From Octopus vulgaris (Eukaryota), in the NCBI GenBank assembly GCA_951406725.2, contig OX597827.1:48174001-48238000 (forward strand): DNA of 64,000 bases, given 5' to 3'. Positions 54,228 through 64,000 of the stretch are shown in pieces. Each line of letters starts with the position of its first letter. Positions within the stretch are counted from its first letter, which is position 1. The position numbers and the translations under genes are program-made. The notes beneath the pieces were generated by a model. That model was not told where the DNA came from. It saw only the letters and a program-made list of their open reading frames with translations, and ran no database searches.

Positions 54228-54883
54228 GCACACTACACGCACACACACATATATATACATATCTATATATATATATTTATACATGTATATATGCGATATA
54301 TATACATATATCTATATACCTACATATATATATATATATATATATAAAACTCTCTCCCAAATCCTTAATATTGTATATATGTATGTGTTTGTGTGTCTGT
54401 GCGTGTGACGTGTGTATGTATGTGTGTAGGCGGTCATGTATATGCACGTATGTGTATGTGTAAGTTAGAATATACCCATGATTTCAATAAATGTAAGCTA
54501 GGAGGTAATGTTTAGGAAATGTATGTCTTACGGAGCTTGCAAAATTGCGTGATGTGTTTCGTTGCATGTCGTACAGGTTCCAGAACAGGCAGCATTCGAT
54601 AGTAGTCTCCCAAGAGTGTGAAATATTGTCGATTCTGCTACATATCCTGACAAGTTAGTCATAAATAATCTTAAGTGTATGCTATGAATAATTACATAAA
54701 AATATACAGAATAGGAAGAAAATCTAGTATTCTTAAGACATATGACGTTAAGACGAAACGAAAATAATTTTTTGAGCATTCCCCATCAGATGAGTCCAAC
54801 ACTGGCTAGAATTAACACACCGATCTTGTCAAAATAGCGTGACCTCTCGGAACCCTGTTCTACATGAGTACAATAATTTATGT

Positions 54884-55169
54884 TTTTATTTATTTATGCG
54901 CCCTTTGCAAGCCTAGCAGGCTCATGGGCCCGGTTTGCCGGTTTCTGTGGCGTGTGTGTGCCCCCACACACACTACATCACACCTGGACGAGACGCCAGT
55001 CCATCGCAGCGTTAATCAAGAAACAGGAAGAAAGAGTGAGAGAAAGTTGGGGAGAAAGTGTACAAGAGGGAGCTCGTGGAACTTTAGATGTTTTCGCTCA
55101 ATAAGCACACACAACGCCCGGCCTGGGAATCGAAACCGCGATCCTCCGACCGCGAGTCCGATACCCTCC
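54884..55169 (-). mobile_element. 5'-truncated tRNA-derived SINE with TSD
   Basis: Minus-strand B box GGTTTCGATTCC; TSD acaataatttatgt (54870-54883) / acaattatttatgt (55170-55183). Confidence 0.8.
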
Positions 55170-56135
55170 ACAATTATTTATGTGATTTTGTAATATATGA
55201 CATCAACATGTCAAGTATCAGATGATGAACAATTTGACGTACCCGTTAAGACAGTAGTCTAAGCCACAACAAATTTTGTAGGAAAATGCGTCAAAATAAT
55301 ATTGGAAAGAAGATAAATAATTATCAAATTACACAATGCTTAGTCTTAGAAATACTTCGTATTTAAATAACTTATCAGAATAGGGAATTTAAATAAAATG
55401 TATCTATAATTAAAGTAACAAATGCCTGTGATTTGTTGAACTAATACTTAGATAAGAGATAATAAAAAAAATAGCCATCATTATTCTCAATTTTATATTT
55501 ATTATATTTGCGAAATTAAGTGAAATGACAAGGGCACCAGTAAATGAATGCTTGTATTTTAAAGTATGCGCGCTATGACAGAATCGAAAACACGATAGTT
55601 ATGCTGATATTGGGATATATGTGACTTGTGGAAGTCAAAATTTACTATAAGATATAAACTGTAGCGCTACAAAAATATGAAAGAAAATTATACTAAAACA
55701 GTTAAGAAAAATGTACAAATCCCACCAAAGTTACCTGTTTTCCATGAAGACAACGAATAAGTAAGAAGTTTAACAAAATAAAATCAGTATCGTTTAATAA
55801 ATACGACTCAATGTCTCGCTATGGCGATGACAAGAGTGATAGTAGAGAAGGTATATATACAGCCATCATTCGTACAACATATATATCCGAGATTTAAGGT
55901 ATGGAATCATGTTGCCACTAAATATATTGCCTTAACTCCAGATCATGCCCGTTGCATGGAGAATGTCGATGAGGTACTGTGTAAACTGTAGTGGACCTAC
56001 AGTTTTGGTACAAGTATTACTTTCTCAGTGGTGGCGATTCTTGTCTTAGAGTTGACAGTCATCATTCGTACAACATATATATCCGAGATTTCAGGAATGG
56101 AATATATGAATTTATTTATATGCTTATATGTGCGT

Positions 56136-56197
<62 letters not shown>

Positions 56198-56257
56198 ATA
56201 TGTGTGTGTGTGTATGTATGTGTATCTGTGTGTGTGGTTGTGTATACAGATATGATA

Positions 56258-56425
56258 GTATCGTTAGCACAGCGAGCAAAATGCATAGCAACATTTCATC
56301 CATCTTTACTTTCTGAATTCAAATCACACAGTGGTCGACTTTGAAAATTCATCCTTTCACTGTCGATAAAATAAGTACCATTCATGAACTGAGGCCAGTG
56401 TAATCGACATATTTCTCCTCAGAAA
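56258..56425 (+). mobile_element. Meta-domain-like SINE, diverged
   Basis: atcgttagcac..ttctgaattcaaatc..ggtcgacttt..ttcatcctttc..gtcgataaaataagtacc. Confidence 0.7.
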
Positions 56426-59400
56426 TTGAAACCACTATATTTGAATTTGAAACCACTATGAGCGTGAATTAATATACCAAAATATTTGATAACAATTAGG
56501 ATTTTCCTTCACCCTATATGAGTTTCAAACGTTTATAATTGAATTGTCATTTGGACATTATGTGTAGAAATACATCAATATCAATGTCTTAATATGAATA
56601 TTGTCGCCTGATGTTAGGTCACAATTCCGATCGTCTGCCCCCTTGTTTTCATTTATTTGACACAACATCCAATCAACTGCAACGAAGATAATTTTCGGCT
56701 GCCGCTGGTAACAGGTTTTATTTGGAAAGATTTCAACAATCGTCCATTGTGTATCACTCTCTTTGTAGATCTGTTGAATGATATAATGGGAATATTGGGA
56801 ATCCGTAAGAATTAAGCTAAGGATTATCAATAGCAACACCAAATGTGTCATGCTGTTATATCATAGTGAGAGATAATTAATGAAGGCAAGTATTGTCAGA
56901 AATCACCAAGCTTGCATTTACATGGTTAGAAGAAAGATGCTAAACTTTAAATATTGAGGGATCTGGGAATATCAAGCACTTCCTTTATAACGATAAGTAT
57001 AAGCTTACAGGCCCATACGCCAAGCCATACCGTGAGACAATTAGAGATGAGTTAAAAGGGGGGGGTGAGTTAAAGACACTTGAGGAATATTTGAGTTGAA
57101 AAACTTTGACTGATACTGGGTACTAAAATAAAATGCAGAAAAAGCCGAAGATTTTGTGGCAAAGGAGAACTGAAGGTGATGAGGGTGAAACGAAATGACA
57201 CTAAATAAATTGCATAGAAGGAAACTAGAAGGAAGAACACTGGTTTCGTATTTCTCACCAACACTTCAGGATTTCCTTCGAGATTTCCACAATTTATATA
57301 CTGTAACGCATGTATGAGAAAATCGAATTGACTTTACAATATATATATATTAAAAGGGTAATTCGGTTTTCTCCCACACGTGTTATAGTATATATATATA
57401 TATATATATATATACTTTACTTTACTTTACTTGTGTATAAAGTCTCTCATTGGTTTCAAGTTACGAAAATATCTTAACAAATCTTCAAAAACCGATCACA
57501 TAAATGAAGTTGCGTTCGTCTCTATTTTTATTAAAAACATCTATAAACACAGAAATTCAGAGTGAAGTTTGGATAAGCATAAACAAGAAATCAAGATGAA
57601 TAACGCATGCGTAACAATTCGTCCATGATTATCTCACTTGGGTCTGACTTTTCGAAAAAAAAATTGGACTGAATGATCAGCTTATTTATATTATGTGATA
57701 TCCTGGATATGTGTAATTTTCGTATGTTTTTGTACTGAGGGAGTTTATCATGAGAGCATGTGTAATATGTGTGTGGAGTCTATATGGTGTACATATTTAA
57801 TTTTCACGTTCAGAGACTAAAGCCTATCCTTGTTGGGTATCATTATGTGAAACTTACTTCACGTCATATATATACATATGAATGTTATACGTAGAGAAAT
57901 TTAGGAGAGAGAGAGCGCGCGCGTGTGTGTGAGGCTGATTTGTAGTTTACTAGTGATTGCGTTTCTTATTGTCTCGCTTATATTTTGTTCGTTTATATTT
58001 TATGTCACTCTGATAGAATTTAGTGACAGCAACATCCTATTAGACACCAGTACTGCTTTCGATTGTCTTTGCAACATGAACCACTTATTGAAGCTGTTTG
58101 TCTACTTACTCCACTGCCTCTCATTCTATGGATCTATGACATATAAAGACGGACGAAATGCTTCTGAGTATTTCGCCTCCAGCGTGCAAACAATTCTGTC
58201 AGCTTGCTGCCATATTGTGTCCAAATATTAAGTAAAGCGTTATCCACCACGCCGCTTACAGCTGTTTGACAATCCCTCCCAACGCATATCTCTGACAGGC
58301 GTCGATATGCATTGGCTCAAGAAATATATCAATTACACAGTTTGAAATATCTATGGGCCTCCAGCATACATGAGGCCTATCCCGTCATCTAGAATGAAAA
58401 CACATTTTGATCCGGCTAATGACATTTTAAAGATATCGCTTTAGCATTACTACAGCAAGCCAGTAACTGAGCAAGTGAAAGATTATTATAAAAATTGAAC
58501 AGGGAAAGACTAACAGAAATGTAAAAGTCGAAAAAGCTATTTTATCTTTATGCAACAAGAACATTGACCAAGGAGATAAACGTTTGGAATGCGAATTAAT
58601 AATAAATTAATGCGTTAAAAAAAAAAAAAAATAATCGGACACTATAAAATGAAATACAAATATACGTGAAGGATATGAACTAATAAAAGCCAAGTCAATA
58701 TTACGTCGAGGTAAATATGAAATACAAATCAGTATGGGAAATTATTAAAACGGAAAATTCGGACATAATGGCCATTATAAAATATAAATGTTAGCAGAAA
58801 CATTTGAATTATTCTATTAACAAAGCAAGCATCAATATCACAAGGGTAAAACACTAATCTAGGCATAACCTATACTAGTCTCGAAATTTAGGATGTGTTT
58901 AAAAGGGAACCTCATTAGTGGATACCCATGCAACAAATATTATCGAAGAGTAAACCTACTTTTGATGTTCTTTCTGTGTATTAAAATGCGAAATAAATAA
59001 AAAAAATCGAGAAAAGAAAATGAAAAAAAGATAAGTGCCACAGAATGAGATAAATTTATAAAGGGTTACAAATCAAGAAAAAATTATTTGAAACAAAATA
59101 TAATTAAATTACAAAGTATTCATTCTTATGAAACCTGAAAAGATAGCGAAGAAACGTTTTAAAAGCAGAGGCAGAATAAAATGATTTAGAAATAACTGTA
59201 TTAATAAAATAAATACAAATCAAAGAAGCGCCAAGAGTAAGAGAAGGATTTGTTTGTCTCTTGTGGTTGCATACGTAGTGGAGTGTGGAAGAAACGTTTT
59301 GGAGTGTTATGGTTTTACATTTTTCTCTTTTAGAATTCTATGCTAAGGATGAAATATGTAAATGTATGACAGTTGCAGAAGAAAATGATAACCAACAAGC

Positions 59401-59817
59401 TAGCACACATTACATCCATAACACCATACCATTCTTAGGTAAACAGGAAAGAATCATAAACAGCACATATGTAGCACGTCAGTATCAAGACCATTAAAAC
59501 GAAAATGTTTATGTGCATGGTGACAGTGCCACTCTTGGTGTAATATATGTTTTACAAGATCTCTTCTCATATGAATGTTTCGAAAATGCTTGTACTAAAA
59601 TTCATTTATATTATGAAGTTGTATGTGTAAATCAAATATTAGTTATTAATGTGAGAATTAATGCATTATAATAAAACGAGAACAAATTTACTCAAAGCAA
59701 TAAGGCAGATACCATGCGCATAAAATATAAACAATATGCATACACTGTTTAGAAGGAAAAAACAAACTCTTTTTCCATCGATAGAGTTCGTTAACCCGGA
59801 GAAAAATATGTCTAAAT

Positions 59818-60221
59818 ATTCTTTTCTATAAATTTTGGGGGAGGGGAGTAGTCAATTAGATCGACTGGTACGTAATTTAGATCGACCACAATGCGTAACT
59901 GGTACTTATTTAATAAACCCCGAAAGGATGAAAGGCAAAGTCGGCCTCAGCGGAATTTCAACTCAGAACGTAGCGGCAGACGAAATACATATTTCTTTAC
60001 TACCCACAAGGGGCTAAACACAGAGGGGAGAAACAAGGACAGGCAAACAGATTAAGACGATTAGTTTGACCCCAATGTGTAACTGGTACTTAATTCGTCG
60101 ACCCGAAAGGATGAATGGCAAAGTCGAACTCGGCAGAATTTGAACTCAGAAAATAACGGCAGACGAAATACGGCCACGCATTTCGCCCGGAGTGCTAACC
60201 ATTCTGCCAGCTTGCCGCCTT
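59818..60221 (-). mobile_element. Dimeric Meta-domain-like SINE with 13-bp TSD
   Basis: TSD aatatgtctaaat at 59805-59817 and 60222-60234; internal duplication as at 39150. Confidence 0.9.
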
Positions 60222-60329
60222 AATATGTCTAAATGTTAATCACAAACATATATTTAAAATACACGTGTTAAGATATTCATATTGCACAGATCGATACAGT
60301 AACACTTCCTTTAAACGAAGATAGCACTC

Positions 60330-61200
60330 CACATCCTCTACATTACAAGCAATAGATTTTCGCTTCTTTCATACACATTGCAAGAATTTAAGTGGGCGAT
60401 CCTGTGCCCAGCCAGTTTCAAATGATCTCTGTTACCAAATGATTGTCTGTAAAGACTGTGCCTTACTGGACTGAAGAGGTGGACGTCAGAAGGCTCTGTA
60501 GTTGATGTGGGGCCATTCAGCTGCCCTATTGGCCGGTTGCTTGCTTTATTGTGAAAGATGAGTATTTTCACGCATTGTTCTTCACGTTGGTTTCTCTAAA
60601 CATTTTTAGCATTTTCAAAGCACCATTTGACATTCACAGTAGAAACCATCAAATTAAATGATGCCTTTATCATCCCCAAACAGTCACCAAAAATGTCTGT
60701 GTCGAGCGCTGGCTCTTGAACTTCTTAAGCCATGGGCTGCGTTTTCTTTTCCGAAGTTTAAAAATACACCGAAATTCCTTTCCCTGTCACTAGATCAGAG
60801 AAAATGTTATGTCTTTATTTGCTTCTTCTTCTAACAGGTCAGAGCACACTTCAGTGTTTCTCACCTTTCAATCACCCGTCAACTTTGCACATTGCACCCG
60901 ATTTTTATACCCAAAGTCATCCAGTATCATCCTTAATGCATTGTCACCAAAGTCCAATTATGCAATAAGCTCATAAATATTGACTTCTCTATCCGCACGG
61001 ATCTATTCAAGCACCAACTGTTGACCCCTGTCAGTAGTTGATGTAACGCTACGCGTTTGCGAATTTCCCACTTCTATTAATTCTTTTTTCTCCTGGCATA
61101 CTAATTTTGTCTATGCTGTCATAAATATCATTTTGAAGATGTCTCAAAGACTGCACAGTTCCTTTGTCATGGACTCAATGACAGTATGTCGCCTCTACAT
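60330..61200 (-). mobile_element. Highly decayed near-full-length mariner transposase
   Basis: Minus-strand RRHTVIESMTKE (N-terminus), IRADREVNIYELIA*LDFGDNALRMILDDFGYK (HTH) and EPSDVHLFSPVRHSLYRQSF (APSDFHLF motif) in the expected order. Confidence 0.7.
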
Positions 61201-61798
61201 GCAAACCATTATATGTATGCAAGAAATACTGGAAGAATAATTACTGCAAAGAAAGCATCACTCTACCGACGGGCACGATTTGAAGTATGTCTGTAAGTTA
61301 GTGAAACCATTATGCTCATATTCCCATGTTTTCCTGTAGAAATTTTATACATCTTTTTACTCTTCATTCTTAGTTGTAATGCATATTGAAAGTAGCGGTC
61401 TCGGTAGCATATTACATTTTTCTACGAGAGGTTACAAGCTCGTCGCTCAGCTCATCTTTCCATAGTAAAGGATAGATATTACATGAGCTCTCTTAATTTT
61501 TATAACATTTATAAAGTTCTCACAGAGCAACCTGATCTCTAGCCGATGATATCAGAGAGTAAAGAAAGTAGAGACAGAAAATTTGAACCCGTTTCCTAAC
61601 TGGTACAGTATTCATCAACCATTCAATCAGCACAGACGCAGTTGACCTGAGAGCTATTTCAATTCTGTATTTTCAGAAATTGGCCAAATGCTTCAAAGCC
61701 CTTTGTGTTACCAACGCCAAAAGGCAGTAGCCTGTGTACAAGCATTCTCACAGGCCATATTAATGTGCATATTAAGGGATCTATAGATAGACAAATAA

Positions 61799-61866
<68 letters not shown>

Positions 61867-61879
61867 CCACTACACACAT

Positions 61880-62071
61880 TTTTCTCTCTGTTTTTTCTCT
61901 CCTTTTTTTCTTTCCTTGTTGCTCTCCTCTTTTTCTGTGTACCTTTCTGTAGAAGAGCGTAGGCTCGAAACGTAAAAGACGTTTTCTATTCCTGAGCGCT
62001 ATACTAATACGTCTGTTTGTTTTGTACACCACCTGTCTTCGTCTTTTGTTTATTTTTCGTAAACTTTCACT
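61880..62071 (+). mobile_element. Family-A HHR-bearing repeat
   Basis: CTTT-CTGTAGA-A-GAGC gtag GCTC-GAAACGT A-AAAG at 61943-61978; body nearly identical to 8385-8548. Confidence 0.75.
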
Positions 62072-62370
62072 ATATATATATATATATATATATTATATCA
62101 TATTATATAGAGTATATTATATTCTATTGTATGTACTCATTCGCGTGCGCAAGCGTTTGTAAGAGTGTGTTTGTAATCATAGGTCTCCATAACCTAAAAA
62201 TGTAAAGACATGCTTAGTGTTTCTGTACTCCATGAATTGTTTGAGGGATGCAGCTCTGAATTAATAAAATAGCGTTGGGTTAATCAACATGCTGTGCGTG
62301 CATATTCCCATATAGCATGTGCACAGCTGTGAGTGTATATGCCTGTGCCTGTGCATAGTGTATGTGTAAT

Positions 62371-62410
<40 letters not shown>

Positions 62411-62466
62411 TGTATATGCATGTGGATATATATATTTATATATATGAGTGTATGTGCATATACATA

Positions 62467-62560
<94 letters not shown>

Positions 62561-63537
62561 TGTGTGTATGTATGCATATATAAAGTTAGATAAGGCCGAC
62601 TGCTCTATAACTTAGAGCGGGCTTCTTTTCCGGATTCATGTTTTACCGAAGATATATATATATATATGATGGCTTTTTCTCCGTATTCACTAGACTCAGG
62701 CAGAATGGACCCAAATATACTTCAGATATGCTAATTTGAAACTTCAAACATGGTGTTGCTTTCTAAAAGTACACAATATCGCAGCTCCTAGATATGCTGC
62801 ATTGCATGCGCAAATATCAACATTTTGGTCATTTATAACACAGAAAAGAAAGCAACCACATCTAAATAATTTTCTGATTCTGTGTATAATAAATCCATAG
62901 TACACAGAAATGTCCAGAAGAAGCGCACATTCATAAAATGTAGGAAAAAGAAAAGAAAAACCATTCATCAACAGCTACAAACCTGTTTGTATGAATAAAC
63001 AAAACATGGTTCAAGTATACACTAGTAATGTTTTCAGAACCAAATAATAAAATTAGACATAAGAAAGCGACATAGACACTTTATTGGTCCGCTGTTATGA
63101 GCATTACCAACCTTTATCTGAAATATTCCATGTATAATACCAATGCGTTTAATCTAACTTCCAAATTGAATTGGAGATCGCCAATGCAAAGCGAAAGAAA
63201 GCGTGTTGAAATAAAACGAACTTATTACCTATTGAAAAAATAAAAATAGGACAAAAAACAATAACAAACACTACAGCTTTGTATGACATGACATTATTCT
63301 ATCCTGGTGAAGGAAGTGAATTGTATTGCTACTGCTGGTGCTGCGACTGCTGTTTCTACTACTACTACTACTACTACTACTGTCGGTGCTGCTGCTGCTG
63401 CTGCCACTACCACTTCTACAACTTTCTGCATAACTTTTAACGAACGTCGCTGCCATTGAGGATGTCTGTCTCACTCTCATTCCCTCTTTCTTTATATGTA
63501 TATATGTTCATATATATTCACACACACACACACACAC

Positions 63538-63579
<42 letters not shown>

Positions 63580-63738
63580 GGAAATGTTGAACAATGAGAA
63601 TCAGTTCTCACCACCGCATTAATTGCTAAATTTCTTTATTTCTCTTTTATATATATGTGTGTGTATGTTTATGTGTGTGTGTGTATAAACAGATAGATAG
63701 ATATACATATTCATATATGCATAAACACACCCCACCCC

Positions 63739-63771
<33 letters not shown>

Positions 63772-64000
63772 AATAATATATATCATATATGCATATATAC
63801 AAAACGTATAAAATATATAACATGTATGTGTGTATGCATACCCGATTGCGACTCAAATATTTAACGTTCTGCGAAACAAATAGAGAGAGAACTTTTGGAG
63901 CACAGAGAAAATGTTTAATTATTTCATTGTGGCAGGTAGACAAAATGTAATTCCAAAGGCAAGTAGTAAAAAAAAAAAAAACAGAAACTTTAAAAAAAAC

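Noticed and set aside
63271-63480. Ser-rich ORF
   Set aside because: Arises from (CTA)n/(CTG)n trinucleotide repeats.

Overview
AT-rich, microsatellite-saturated animal genomic DNA. The repeat families strongly suggest an octopus (coleoid cephalopod) intron or intergenic region. I can support no intact protein-coding gene; almost all listed ORFs are translations of (TA)n/(CA)n/(TATC)n tracts or antisense frames of repeats. The window holds at least three tRNA-derived SINE families, decayed mariner/Tc1/maT transposases, CR1/L2-like and RTE-like LINE 3' fragments, two copies of a non-autonomous Helitron, a Helentron-type HINE and several MITEs. The most striking signal is many minimal type I hammerhead-ribozyme (HHR) motifs from several unrelated repeat families, as found in Penelope-like element pseudo-LTRs and non-LTR retrozymes. 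The youngest is a near-identical 554-bp tandem-plus-inverted array at 47838-49278 with three complete HHR folds. Older examples recur as head-to-head palindromic pairs or 150-350 bp partial tandems, and several share a non-canonical pyrimidine at core position 6. All folds were read by eye; none was computed or tested.
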